DNA from: Felis catus
Lineage: Eukaryota
Length of the DNA stretch: 64,000 nt
Assembly (NCBI RefSeq): GCF_018350175.1
Contig: NC_058368.1
Span: forward strand, 23,934,001-23,998,000
Direction: 5' to 3'
Shown here: piece by piece, positions 12,353 through 25,605 of the stretch
Numbering within the stretch: the first letter of the stretch is position 1
Layout: every line of letters starts with the position of its first letter
Notes under the pieces: generated by a model
What the model was told of the DNA's origin: nothing
Databases searched by the model: none
Seen by the model: only the letters and a program-made list of their open reading frames with translations
Translations under genes and position numbers: made by a program

Positions 12353-13973
12353 TTCTTCTAACATTATTTGTATCTTGAATTACTTTAGCACTTCAAACTT
12401 TCAAAATGATTTCACATATACAAGCTTTATTAATGCCCCTATCCTAGAGCTTGATGCTAAATAGACATTCAATAACCAAATTTAGATGATCTGGAGCCTC
12501 TGTTGTGGTGGAGTGAGTTATATTATCAACCTCATTTTAGAAAGTTAGTGAGGCTCTGGAAATTGAAGGGATTGGTCCAGAAGTTTATAACAAGTATCAT
12601 CTCAGCTGTATTCCTGGCTCCTAATACAGAGTATTCCTAAATTCACAAGACAAATCCTAAAATAGAAAAAACAATCACAAAAATAAGTAGCTTGTTTATT
12701 ATATTTTAAAGCACAGTTGGTTTCCCACCAAAAAGGCATTTGTTTTGTATAATGTGACTTAAATAGATGAGTTATTTGATGAATCTGTTCTCCTGTGTAA
12801 TATTTTGAAGGTAGACATATGACAGAGATTAATCTTTCTAATAATATCTGTAGCAATATTTGCCAAAAATGAAAATGTCAGTCTCATTCACTTATCCTTT
12901 ATATAATGGAGTGAAATTCTTATTTTCTTTTCTCCCATCTCCATCTTCTGGCTCATCAATGGCTCCCTTGAGAATACAGACTCTTCCATTCCCTGTCTTC
13001 AAGAAAAATGATGTGGTATGTAAGGTAAATTTATCTAGGCAAATAATATGTTCATGTCTTCATTTATCCTCCTATAGAATTAGTAATACATGAAGATTTT
13101 TAAATGTGGAGATTTTGCTGGAAGCACTTTGCTATCTAGGCATTCCTTCTCTAGCTACAAAAGCTTAAAGTATCTTTTCTTTTCAGTTTTGCACAAAAAC
13201 AAGCAACACAATCTTTGAAGTGCTTATTTATGGTTATACAATGTTATAAGATATGAGGACAGAATGTAAACTTTTGTATATACAGGTGTTTCCATAGAGA
13301 CTCAAACTCACAGGTTATAGGCCTAGAGGAGAAATTAGTGTCTGAAAACAATGTAATCTCATCTGCTTATGATTATTTAAAACAACTTCATCTATCACCT
13401 CATCTAAATGCACATGTGACATTTTATGTTTTTGCTTCATTTCTTCCTAAACCATTGCCCATGATGCTCTGTAGTGTTGCTTACTTCTCTAGAACCACAA
13501 TATCAAGTACCACAATATTAAGTATCCATATGATCCCTGATTCTTGTTTCTTGATCTGTAAATAGGATCATGGCCTCCAAAGTTCCATTTTATCCCTTAC
13601 ACTTTTGGCTATTTTATGTCTCTGTTTGGTCTGAATTTGGGGAAGACTTAGGCTTGTCTTTTGTTAATTATTTTCTCTTTTATTTTGGCAAACAGTGGTT
13701 TACTACCTATCAACATACCTACTTCACTACAGCTGAGCCAAAAACATCATTCTTGAAGGATTTGGACTTTCATAGAACATTTGTTGGCTAAAATAATTTG
13801 CTGCATGAAGTAGTCTTAGAGACAGATTATGAGTTTACTCAGAGCAGAGTCCATTAAAGCCCTATTAACTATTTTGATGCAATCAGTTCTGATAAAACAA
13901 ATTCCACTGTACGACAGTTAAGATGCCTGGATTGTGGCAGAGTTGTGCTTTATTATTTCTGTTTTGGACTATT

Positions 13974-14127
13974 CTATTTTAAGTTTATTTATTTTGAAAG
14001 AGACAAAGACAGACTGAGTGGGGGGAAGGGCATAGAGAGACGGGGAGAGAATCCCAAGCAGGCTCGAATACGGGGCCTGAGCTGAAACCAAGGGCTGGAC
14101 ACTTCAACTGAGCCACCCAGGCACCCC
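13974..14127 (-). mobile_element. Can-SINE, internally deleted
   Basis: TTTATTTATTTTGAAAGAGA...CTGAGCCACCCAGGCACCCC; TSD-like TTTGgACTAtT / TTTGaACTAcT. Confidence 0.9.
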
Positions 14128-14253
14128 TGCTTTGAACTACTTTAAGTGTTAAACTGCCTAAAATGGGAGTCTTTTTGGTACCTCAGTGATTAAAACTTTT
14201 AAAATGATACATCACAGATAAAGCCCCTTAAAATAAGATCCTGTGCACATTAC

Positions 14254-14263
14254 CTTCGTCCAT
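14254..14263 (-). CDS. Candidate start-codon exon end (ATG GAC GAA G, i.e. MDE)
   Basis: Minus strand: TGA AGC AGA ATT ATG GAC GAA G | GTAATG; Kozak A at -3 and G at +4, in-frame upstream stop, phase-1 donor. Confidence 0.3.
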
Positions 14264-14449
14264 AATTCTGCTTCATGGAAATGCACCTTATGACAAGGTT
14301 TCAATTAACCTAGTATTATGAACAACATTAGTTATTAAAATATTAAAGTTTAACTTTCATTATTTAGAGAGCAGGGGGCTTGTTCTATTAGCAAGAACTA
14401 CAAATTAGAGATCTTATATATCACAATAAAGATGTTGAATTAAGTGGTG

Positions 14450-14650
14450 ACTAATATTTATAACAACCTTTTTAGGTAATAGTGACGAACTACCAGACAC
14501 TGTGCATAGCAGCTTAAAATGCTAAGTGCCCTCCATCCTTTAAGGAATATTATCAGCCCCACTCTAAGGTTGAGGACCTGAACCTTAAGCAGTTAACCAG
14601 CATACACCAGTTTGATTTCAAATGCCACGTTTTTAAACATCGTGCCATCC
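14450..14650 (-). mobile_element. MIR fragment
   Basis: TACCAGACACTGTGC...TATTATCAGCCCCACTCTAAGGTTGAGGACCTGA. Confidence 0.55.
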
Positions 14651-15335
14651 TGGCTCCCTTAGGGGAGTAGGATTTATCTGAATATCCCCCATTCATTTAC
14701 TTACAGCCTATCAAACGCAAACCACAAAAACTCTAACTTAATGCCATTGCTTCTATTGCTTCTATCCGTCTCTTGTATGTTCCACTGCTGGCAACAACTA
14801 CCAGCCCCATTATTTCTGCCCTGGACAACTCAAAAGCTTTTTAAATGGTCTTCCCACTGCCTATATAATTCTCTTTTAATTCATTTTAAACACCACTGCC
14901 AGATTTCTTTTCCTCTGGTCCTTATTATAATGCCTCTTTATTTAAAAATGTGGCATGAAAAGCAAGTCCCACAAAATTCCAACATTAAAAATATTAATGG
15001 TGTTGAAATCATGAGACTGGTGGTATAATTTAAAAGCTCAGGCGGTTACTTTTTCTAAGACTCTACATAGAATTTTATCCTCAAGCCTTTATAAGGCTGG
15101 TTAGGAGATTAAATGCAAACTGTCAATCCTTAAATTCCCTAGTAACCTAGCAGTAATGTCAATTGGATCATTATCAGTCAAAAAGCAACCATCCATAGAC
15201 TTTACTATGATTGCCTTCAGTGCCACAATTAAACATATATCAGCATTTAGTATTAACATATTTTTATATTTTAAGTCTCCCAAGAAGCAAAAACTAGATT
15301 AGTAAAACTGATAATTTAAAATGTTTTGGATTTCA

Positions 15336-17664
15336 TACTCAATAGAGGTTTTCCTCCAAATCAGGAACAAGACAAGGATGTCCACTCTCATTTTTATTCA
15401 ACATAGTACTGAAAGCCCTAGCTCTAGCAATCAGACAAGAAAAAAAGGCATCCAATTGTTAAGGAAGAAGTAAAACAGCCACTATTTTCAGATGACCTAA
15501 TAGTATACATAGAAAATCCAAAAGATTCCACTAATAAACCACTAGAACTGATAGATGCAATAATGTTGCAGGATAAAAATTAACAGAGAAATCTGTTGCA
15601 TTTCTATATACTAACAGTGAAGTAGGAGAAAAGGAAATTTTTTAAAAGAGTTTTTTTAATCCCATTCACAATTGTACCAAAAAGAATAAAACACCTAGAA
15701 ATAAACTTCACCAAGGACATGAAAGACCTATATTCCAAAAGCTATGAAACAATGATGAAAGAAATTGAAGATGACACAAATGGAAAGATATTCTATGCTC
15801 ATGGATTCCAAGAACAAATTTTAGAAAATGTCCATACTACCCAAAGCAATCTACAGGTTTAATGTAATCTCTATCAAAATATCAACAGCAATTCTCATGG
15901 AAATAGAACAAATAATCCTAAAATATATATGGAACCACAAAAGACCCCAAATTCCCAAAGCAATTTGGAATAACTAGAGCTGAAGATATCACAATTCCAA
16001 ATTTCAAGATATACCTAAATCTGTAGTAATCAAACAGTATGGTACTGGCACAAAACAAAAACAACAACAAAAAAAAGCCAACCAAACACATAGATCAATG
16101 GAAAAGAACAGAAAGCCTAGAAATAAACTCACAGTTAAATGGTCAATTCGTCTAAGGAATATACAATGAGGCAAAGACAGTCTCTTCAACAAATAGTGCT
16201 GGGAAAACTGGACAGCTACATGAAAAAGAATGCAGTGGGACCACTTTCTTAAAATATACACAAAAATAAACTCAAAATGGATTAAAGACTTCATTTTGAG
16301 ACCTGCATCCATAAAACTCTCTGAAGGAAACATAGGCAGTGATCTCTTTGGCATCAGCCTTCGGAACATTTTTTGAGATACGTCTTCCAAAACAAGGGAA
16401 ACAAAAACAAAAATAAACTACAAGGACTACACCAAAATAAAAAACTTTTGCACAACAAAGTAAACAATCAACAGAAAGGCAACCTACTGAATGGGAGAAG
16501 ATATTTACAGATCATATATCCAATAAGGGGTTAATATCCAAAAAATATAAATAACTTATACAACTCAACACCAAAACAGCAAATAACCCAATTATAAAAT
16601 GGGCAAAGGATCAGACATTTTTCCAAAGATATACATACAGATGGCCAACAGACACATAAAAAGATGCCCAACATCACTCATCATCATGGAAAATATCAAA
16701 ATCACAATGACAGATCACCTTAAACTCGCGAGAGGCTATTATCAAAAAGACAAGAAATAACAAATATTGGTAGGAGGTGAAGAAAAAGGAACCATTATAC
16801 AGTGTTGGTAGGAATGTAAATTCATGCAGCCACTGGAGAAAACAGTATGGAAGTTCCTTAAAAAATTAAAAATAAAAATGCCATATGACCCAGTAAGTCC
16901 TCTACTGATAGAACTAGGAGTTTGACTATTTCAGATTCGTATGAGTAGTATTATGCTGTGTTTATCTGTCTGCTTTTTTTAAACTTAGCATAATGTCCTT
17001 CAGGTTCATCCAGGTTGTTACAAATGGGTGAATTTCCTTCCTTTTAAAGCCTAAATAATATTTTATTATTTGGATGATTACCAAAAGAAAATTTAAAAAG
17101 GAATTTTAAAAGATGTATGCACTCCTTTGTTTATTGCAACATGATTTCACAATAGCTAAGCCATGGACCCAACCAAAGTGTCCATCAATATATAATGAAT
17201 AAAGTGACAGATATAAACAATAGAATATTACTCAGCCATAATAAAGAACGAGATCTTGCCATTTCCAACAATGTAAACGGACACAGAGGGTGTAACGCTA
17301 AGTGAAAAAAGTCAGAGAAAGACAAATACCTTAAAATTTTACTTATGTGGAATTTAAGAAAACAAATGAACAGAGGCAAACTCCAGGCTCTTAAGTACAG
17401 AAAATAAAACAGGTGGTTTTCAGAGGGAAGTTGGAGTGGGAGATGGGTGAAATAGAAGGGGTTAAGAGGTTCAAACTTTCAGTTACAAAATAAAGTCACA
17501 GAAATGAAATGTACAGCATAGGGAATTTAACCAGTAAGACTGTAATGTTTGGTGACAGATAATAAGGACACTTATCATGATGAGCACTGACTAGTGTTGA
17601 ATTATATTGTACACCTGAAACTGATAGAACTTTGCATGTTAATTATGCCTCAATTACAATAAAT
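15336..17664 (+). mobile_element. 5'-truncated carnivore LINE-1 with target-site duplication
   Basis: ORF2 3' half with frameshifts, 3' UTR and AATAAA; TSD AAAATGTTtTGGATtTCA (15318-15335) / AAAATGTTcTGGATgTCA (17665-17682). Confidence 0.93.
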
Positions 17665-19574
17665 AAAATGTTCTGGATGTCAATTATGATTATTTTCACT
17701 GTTATTTTATAGAAAACATACATTTAATATTTCTAAACCACTTTACTGAGGTGTGATTGACATATAAAAAGTTACACATAATTAATGTATACAACCTGAT
17801 ACTCATCGGAGATACTCAGGAAACTGTGACCACCATATTGTCATAAACAAATCCTTCATTTCTAAAATGTCCTCCAGCTTTTTCTTTTTAAGAACACAAC
17901 CTAAGATCTACCCTCTTAGCAAAATTCTAAGTATACAATGTGGTACTGTTAACTATGCGGTACACTTAAATCTCTAGGACTTACTTATCTTGTGTAACTA
18001 AAAATGTTTACTCTTAAAACCTCCCTAGTTTCCTGTCCTGCCAAGCCCTGAGAATCACCATTCTACACTCTGCTGCTCTGAGTTTGACTATTTCAGATTC
18101 GTATGAGTGGTATTATGCTGTGTTTGTTTACCTTTTTTTTCACTTAGCATAATGTCCTTCAGGTTCATCCAGGTTGTTACAAATGGGTGAATTTCCTTTT
18201 TAAAGGCTAAATAATATTCTATTTTATGTATATATCACATCTTTTTTATCCAGTCTTCTGTTACTGGAAATTTAGAATGCTTCCATGGCCTGGCTACTGT
18301 AAGTAATGCTGTAACTAACAGAATTCAGGTATCTCTTTAAGATCCTCATTTAAATTCCTCTGGAAATATACCTAGAAGTTTTGGGTTTGGGGATTGCTGG
18401 ATCATATGTAGTTCTAATTTAATTTTTTGAGGAGCCTCCAATACTGTTTTCTACAGTGGCTGCAATTTACATTTTCACTAACAGTGCACACGTGTTCCCT
18501 TTTCTCCACGTCTGTACCAACACTTGTTTTTGTTTTTAATATGTAATAGTGATCCTAGCGGGTGTGAGGTAATATCTTGTTATGGTCATAATTTGCATCC
18601 CTCTTATCCCTGGCCATTTGTGTGCCTCTTCTGAGAAGTGTATATTCAGTCCCTTTGCCTATTTTTGGAGTTATTTGGGTGTATTTTTTTGTAGTTTGTT
18701 TGCTGTGGAGTTGTAGGAGCTCCTTACATACTTTTGGATATTAATCCTTTAGCAGATGTATGGTTTATAAATGTTTTCTTCCATTCTTTGGGTTGCCTTT
18801 TCATTTCATTGATTATTTCCTTTGTTGTGAAGAAGCTTTATAATTTGATGTAATCTGACTTATTTTGCTTTCATTGCTTATGCTTTTGGTGTCATATCCA
18901 ACAATCATTGCCAAGGTCAATTTCAAGAATGTTTCTAGATTTTATTCAAAGAGTCATATGGTTTTAGGTATTACATTTAAGTCATTTATCTATTCTGGAG
19001 TTGACTCTTACGTGTCATGTAAGAAAAGGGTCCAATTTCATTCTCTTGCATGTGGATATTCAGTTTTCCTCAACTCTCTTACTAAAAAAACTGTCCTTAC
19101 TCCATACTGTATTCAATTTTGTTGAAGATCATTTGACTGTATATATAGGGGTTTACTTCTGAGCTCTCTTTTCTATCCCATTGGTCTCTGCCTATTTTTA
19201 TAACAGTACCCTATTGTTTTGAGTACTAGAGCTTAGTAACATAACAGGCAGTATGATACCTCCAGTTTTGTTTCTCTTGTCCAAGATTGTTTTGGCTACG
19301 ATTTTTCTTTCTTTCTTCTTCTTTCTTTTTTTGTGGATATAGACTACTTAGGATAGTTATTTTTTTTTCTATTGGGATTTTAATAGGGATTTCATTGAAT
19401 CTAAAGATCACTCTGGGTAACATGGATATTTTAACAGTATTAAGTTTTCCAATTTTGAACATAATGTCTTTCCATTGATCTGTGTCTGCTTTAATTCCTT
19501 TCATCAGCGTTGTACAGTTTTCGGTGTAGATCTCTTTCACCTCTTTAAGTTTATTTCTAAGTATTTTGGTTCCT

Positions 19575-19793
19575 TTTTTTTGTTTTGTTTTAAGCTTACT
19601 TCTTCATTTCAAGAAAGACAAAGACAGTGCCATTGGGGGAGGGGCAGAGAGAGAGGGAGAGAGAATTCCAAGCAGTTTCCACACTTTCAGCATGGAGCCT
19701 GATGTGGGGCTAGAACCCACGAACCGTGAGATCATGACCTGAACTGAAACTAAAAGTCAGATGCTTAACCAACTAAGTCAACCCCGGAGCCCC
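19575..19793 (-). mobile_element. Can-SINE
   Basis: GGGGCAGAGAGAGAGGGAGAG...GAGATCATGACCTGAACTGAAAC...CCCCGGAGCCCC. Confidence 0.92.
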
Positions 19794-19899
19794 TTGTTTT
19801 TCTTTTTGATGCTATAGTGAGATTATTGTAGTGTTAACTTTGGTCATCGCACATTTTTTTATTGTTTCTATACTCTCTATTTCATTTCTGCTTTAATCC

Positions 19900-20622
19900 T
19901 TAAGTTTCTATTTAAATTCCAATTAGTTAACATACAGTGTAATATTAGTTTAAGGTGTACAATAAAGTGATTCAACCCTTCCATTCAACACCCGGTGCTC
20001 ATCACAAGTGCTCTCCTTAATCCCCACCACCTATCTAACCCATCCCCTTACAGCCCCCCTTTAGTACCCATCAATTTGTTCTTTAGAGTTAAGTGTTTCG
20101 TGGTTTGCCTTTTTCATTTTGTTCGTTTGTTAAATCCCATATATGAATGAAATCATATGGTATTTGTCTTTCTCTGACTTATTTTGCTTAGCATTATAGT
20201 CTATACCTCCATCTTTGTTGATGCAAATGGCAAGATAACATTCTTTCTGATGACTAATATTGTATATATATACACCCCATCTTCCTTATTCATTCATCAG
20301 TCAATAGACAGTTGGGCTGTTTCCATAATTTGGCTACTGTAGATAATGCTGTTATAAACATGGGGGTGCATGTAACCCTTTGAATTAGTATTTTTGTATT
20401 CTTTGGGTAAATACCCCGTAGTGCAATTGCTAGATCATAGGGTAGTCCTATTTTTTAAGTTCTATACTGTTTTCCACAGTGGCTGCACCCATTTGCATTC
20501 CCACCAACAGTGCAAGAGGGTTTCTCTTTCTCCACATCCTCACCAACACTTGTTGTTTCTTGTGTTGTTGATTTTAGCCATTCTGAGAGAGGTGATATCA
20601 CATTGTAGTTTTGATCTGTAGT
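19900..20622 (-). mobile_element. Carnivore L1 3' end nested in the older antisense L1
   Basis: TTTAAATTCCAATTAGTTAACATACAGTG...CACCCGGTGCTCATCACAAG...CATTCCCACCAACAGTGC. Confidence 0.88.
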
Positions 20623-23600
20623 TCTGGTATAATTTTTATTATTTCTCTTCTAATTGTGAAGTTAGTTTGTTCTTTTCTATTTCCTTGAGGTCTAAATTTG
20701 GGTTGTTTTTTTTTTTTTTTTTTTTTACCATAGGCAGTTATTGCTGTGAACTTCCCTCTTAGTACCATTTTCATTGTATACCATAAGCTTTAGTGTGTTT
20801 TCACTTTCATTTATATTAACATTTTCTAATTTCTCTTCTGAATTTTTTTCCTTCATTTGATTTCTTTTTTGATCTATTCATTTTCCAAGTGTTAAGTAAT
20901 TAATTTCCATTATTGGTGAATTTTTCCATTTTCCTTTTATTAATAATTTCTAGTTTCATTCCACTGTGGTCAGAAAAGATACTTGGAATATGTTTTAAAT
21001 CTTCTTAAATTTGTTAAGGCTTGTTTATGACCTAGCATGTGTTCTATCCTTGAGAATGTTTCATGTGCACCTGAGGAGAATGTATTCCGCTGCTCTTTAG
21101 GTAGAATCATCTGTGTATGTCTGTTATGTCTATTTGGTCTGTAGCACTGCTTAAGTCTACTTTTTCATCACTGATTTATTTTCTATCTGGATGATTTATC
21201 CATTATTAAAAGAGGGGTATTGAAGTCTCCCACCATTATTGTATTGCTGTCTATTTTCCACTTACGTTCTGTCAATGTTTGTTATACGTAATTAGGTGTT
21301 CTGATGTTGGACACATACATCATTGCTATGCTTTCCTGTTGAATTTACCCTTTATTATGTAATGACCTTGTTGGTCCGTGACAGTTTTTGACTTATTATT
21401 TATTTTGTCTGAAATAAATACAAACGCCCTGCTCTCTTTTGGTTACCATTTGCAAAGAATATCTTTTGCCCTTCTTCACTTTCAGCCTATCTGTGTCCTT
21501 AAATCTAGATTCTCTAGTAAACAGCATGGAGTTGAATCCTGTTTATTCAACCACTCTGGATCTTTTATCAGTGAGGTTAATTCATTTACACTTCAAGTAA
21601 TTACTGAGAAGAACTTACGATTGACATTTTGTTAACTGTTTTCTGTCTGCTTTGTAGCTCGTTCTTCCCCATTTCCTTTCTTGCTGTCTTAATGATTTGA
21701 TGATTTTTTCATAGTGACATATTTTAATTCCTTTGTATCTTTTTTGTAGCTACTATAGGTTTTTCCTTTGTGGTTACCATGACACTTACATAAAACTTAT
21801 CACAGTCTGTTTTAAGCTGGTAACAATTTAATTGCAACCACATACAAAAATCTACACCTTCGCTTCTTTTACATTGTTATTGATTTTAGAATTTGTTTAT
21901 ATTGTGCACCCATTAACCATTTTTTTGTGGTTATAGTTAATTCTTAATATTTTTCTTCCTATTTTTATACTAGGGTTAATAGTGATTTATGCATCACTAT
22001 ATCAGTACTATGTTATTCTATATTTATCTATATATTTATTTTTTCAGAGAGATTTATACTTTCATATGTTTTTGTGTCGCTATTTAACATCATTTCAACC
22101 TGAAGAACTCCCTGTAGCATTTTTTGTAGAGGTGATGGTCTTGCCCAGATAAACAAAAACCAGGGTAGTTTATCTATTATTAAAGGATAGTGTTGCCATC
22201 TATAGCTTTCTTAGCTGACAGGTTCCCACCACCCCCCAGCACTTTATATGTATCATCCCCATCTTCTCTTGCCTCCAGAGTTTCTGGTGAGCAACTCCTG
22301 GATAGTCTTATGGAAATTCCCTTGTATACAATGAATAGCTTTTTGTTGTTACTTTCAAAATCTCTGATTTTTGACCATTATAATGTCTCAGTATAGACTT
22401 TTTAAACCTATTAAGTATCTTTTGGGATCCATCTTTGTTCACTATTTTTCATTTTCCCTTTCTGTTCCTCTAGCCAGGTATTTTCAAATAACCTATCTTT
22501 GCATTTACTGATTTTTTTCTTGTGCTTGATCAGGTCTGCTATTGAACTTCTAATTTTTTTTTCAGTCATTGTGTTCTTCAGCTCCAAAATTCAGTTTTTT
22601 TCTCATTTTTAACTTTTTGTTGAACTTCTCACTTTATTCATAGATCATTTTCATGATTTGGTTTAGTTGTTTATTTCTGTTCCCTTGAGTTTAAAACCAT
22701 TATTTTGAGTAATTAGGCAGTTTGCAGATCTTCATTTCTTTTGGGTCATTGCTGGAGCTTTACTTTTTTTCCTTTGATTGTGTTATGTTTTCCTGATTCT
22801 TCATGATCCTTGCAGCCTTGTGTTATGTGTCTGAACATTTGAGGAAACAATCACCTCTTCCAGTCTCTGCAGGTCGGCTTTCACAATTCAGCCTGGCCCA
22901 AGATTCTCCGTGGACCAGCTGGTGGTGTCACGGGCAGCCTGCTTCCATGGTCCTCAGGCCAGAAGACCTGCTGCTGTAGTTCTCATGTGTGCAGGGCTGG
23001 TGCTAGAGGCTAGAGACAAACCTGCTACCAGGACCTGGGGCCAGCTATTGGTCTGCAAACAGGTTGTTGAGAGTCCCCTCCCCCTTCCTTTGTTCTTAGC
23101 TACCCCTCAGGGATCTAACTGTGTCAACTCCCTCAGGGTTCTGGATGAGGATGGACAGAAGCAGTCTCTCAGGCAGTGCCCCCAAAGCCTAAGGAAGTCA
23201 AATATTCACTTTATATCTCTTTTTTCTACACAGGAGGATTTATGGCTAAGGGGATCTCTTTCAGCACTATGCTATGTTGGCTTAGGGGAGGAATGCTGCA
23301 GGTAAAGTGAAACTGTTCATTTTACCCTGTCAGTGTTTTGTAAAGTTATTTCTGTGCCCCACGGGGGTGTTATCATCTCTCATCTGGATTCCAGAGCTCT
23401 CATAAAGGAGTTTTCATGTGTGAATAGTTGTTAAATTAGTATTTTTGTGAGGGATGAAGGCTGGAACTCCCTATTTATTCTACCTTGCTGATGTTCTCTC
23501 TTCTTAATAATTATGACACTATTACAAGTGATGTTTTTTCCCATACATTTTCTATTTCTGATAAAAATACTGACAAGGTATCAAACCATTTTTAAACGGC

Positions 23601-23702
23601 AAATTTCAAACTAGGTATTTATGCTGAGTGACATCAATTGCAATTTCAGACTTCCTGACAAAACAATTCAAATGGGCCAATATTTATTAATGGGAATTTT
23701 CC

Positions 23703-23880
23703 TTTTTTTAAGTTTATTTATTTATTTTGAGAGACAGAGCACGCACATAAGTGGGGGAGGGGCAAAGAGAGGGGAGAAAGAGAATCCCAAGCAGGCTCTG
23801 CACCATCAGTGCAGGCTTGAGCCCACAAACCACAAGATCATGAACTCAGCTGAAGTTGAATGCTTAACAAATGGAGCCTC
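23703..23880 (-). mobile_element. Can-SINE
   Basis: TTTATTTATTTATTTTGAGAGAC...GAATCCCAAGCAGGCTCTGCA...AAGATCATGAAC. Confidence 0.9.
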
Positions 23881-24577
23881 TAAAGCTCTTTTTAACTTGG
23901 AAAAAGTTAATTATCCTTCTCCCTAAGTCAGAGGGTTGATCAAACCTTTCTAGATTTAAAATCATAGATCTCCTGAAATACAAAATTAAAATAGTCTAAA
24001 GAAAAATACTAAAAGCAGCAGATGAATTACCCATTCACACTTTTGCTAAGTTTGGGGAACACTTCCAAACATTAAGGCATTAAAGTAAAGAAGGGAAAAA
24101 AACAAGACACAGACAAGATAAATCAGAGCTACCAATTTTACTAAGATGTTCCACAGGTCCAGAAACTCTGATTCTGGTAAGTAGAATATTATGAGATAAG
24201 AATACATTGAACATTCTTTTTCTTCTATAAAAGAATCAAAGATAATAAGAAATATCTTTTGAAATAGCTATGTTCAAAGCATTAGCCAGGAAGAAGCCAG
24301 AGTCAAAAGCTCAGAGCTGGCTTTGCAACCAAAAGCATTACCATGTTCAGGTTCAGTTTAGATGTTACTCATAATCCTAGTAAAATGCTGGTCTTGTGAT
24401 AATGCCAAATCCCAAGGAAACTTTCATATAGAACTGTTATTCTTACTTGACCTACTTTTTCATGTCCAAGGGGAAAGGCAGATATACATGTCATACCTCA
24501 CTCCTCAAAATGACCCCTTCCCTTCAGTGTAGAGAAGCAGGAAGAGCAAAGTCCTCTCTATTAGATGTATGCCTGCG

Positions 24578-24702
24578 GGCTTCATTTCTTTATAAAATGC
24601 AAAGAATGATTCCATGTAGAGTTGTTGTGAGGTTTAAATGAGGTAATATACATCAAGCATGTGGGATGCAGAAGGTATTTAATAAATATTAACATATTAT
24701 TC
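24578..24702 (+). mobile_element. MIR fragment
   Basis: TATAAAATG...AGAGTTGTTGTGAGGTTTAAATGAGGTAATATA...AATAAATATTAAC. Confidence 0.75.
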
Positions 24703-25475
24703 CAATTGGCCTTGACCTTAATGAGCAATTAATTTCTTTCAAGTGGTTATCAGATAAGAGGTACAAATTCATCTCTCAAAAGACTAGAGTTTACCAAGAA
24801 GCTCTGAGGATTTATAAGGCTTCTGGGCATGAAGGACATTTACAAAAGTGCAACTGTGGATGCTGTTCAACATGTATTTATTTAGTTTCTCTTCTTTGCC
24901 AGTACTGAAAACACAAAGATCAATAATGTAGTACTTGTCCTCAATGAAAGTGGATAGAGGCACAGACGTTCTGCTACCTCTTTCCTATTTCTCAAAGGAT
25001 AGCAACAGAACAGAGCAGGGACAAAAACAGTAGATAAACTTTTGATAGAAGGAATACAAAAATCATACCTCTAGGAGAAGAAAAGAGAAGGGTATTTCCT
25101 TCCAGCAGACCTCTTAGTCGTGGACTTTTTGGCAAGAAGATAAAACAATCTTCTGAACCTTACCCTGATCCTTATGATTATGGACTTTGGGGCTCTTAGG
25201 AACTTTAGCACAAGATTTTTGTTTTTTAATTTGTGCAAGGACTGTTTGCTGCATTTATGAAAACTTTGACTCCAAAAAAAAAACTGAGAAGAGCTCAGCT
25301 TTAGCTCAAATAGGAGAAAGCTGACTGCTAACTTCATAGAAATAGTTTTAACACAAGCAAAGAGGTAAAAGGAATCTCCTTTTACCTGAACATTTCTTAA
25401 TGTTCAGACTAATTCTAAAAATTAGAATTCATCATATTGCAAAAGTAGAGAACTTCTAGTAAGAAATTCTATTTA

Positions 25476-25512
25476 TCCATCCATCCATCCATCCATCCAT
25501 CCATCCATCCAT
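25476..25512. repeat. (ATCC)n tetranucleotide microsatellite
   Basis: About 9 tandem units, direct reading. Confidence 0.97.
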
Positions 25513-25605
25513 ATATTTGGCTGAACTATGCCTTGGTTCTCTATCTTGTGGAAACCTTAGAAAGAAAATGACAAACTCTAGCATTAGTAAATAAACGCTG
25601 GCCAT

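Larger units (their letters stand above)
17730..23470 (-). mobile_element. Older LINE-1, antisense; 3' end at left, ORF2/ORF1/5'-UTR-like remnants at right, with deletions and nested insertions
   Basis: 3' end CTTTACTGAGGTGTGATTGACATATAAAAAG; ORF2 remnant in minus ORF 19226-19540 (MKEIYTENCTTLMKGIKADTDQWKDI); endonuclease-region remnants ~21000-21500; GC-richer 5' region 22860-23470. Confidence 0.85.

Noticed and set aside
22910..23305. 131-aa GC-richer ORF
   Set aside because: Lies antisense within the 5' region of a decayed L1
25071..25337. Basic 88-aa minus-strand ORF with possible splice sites
   Set aside because: No recognisable homology, ambiguous donors, length expected by chance
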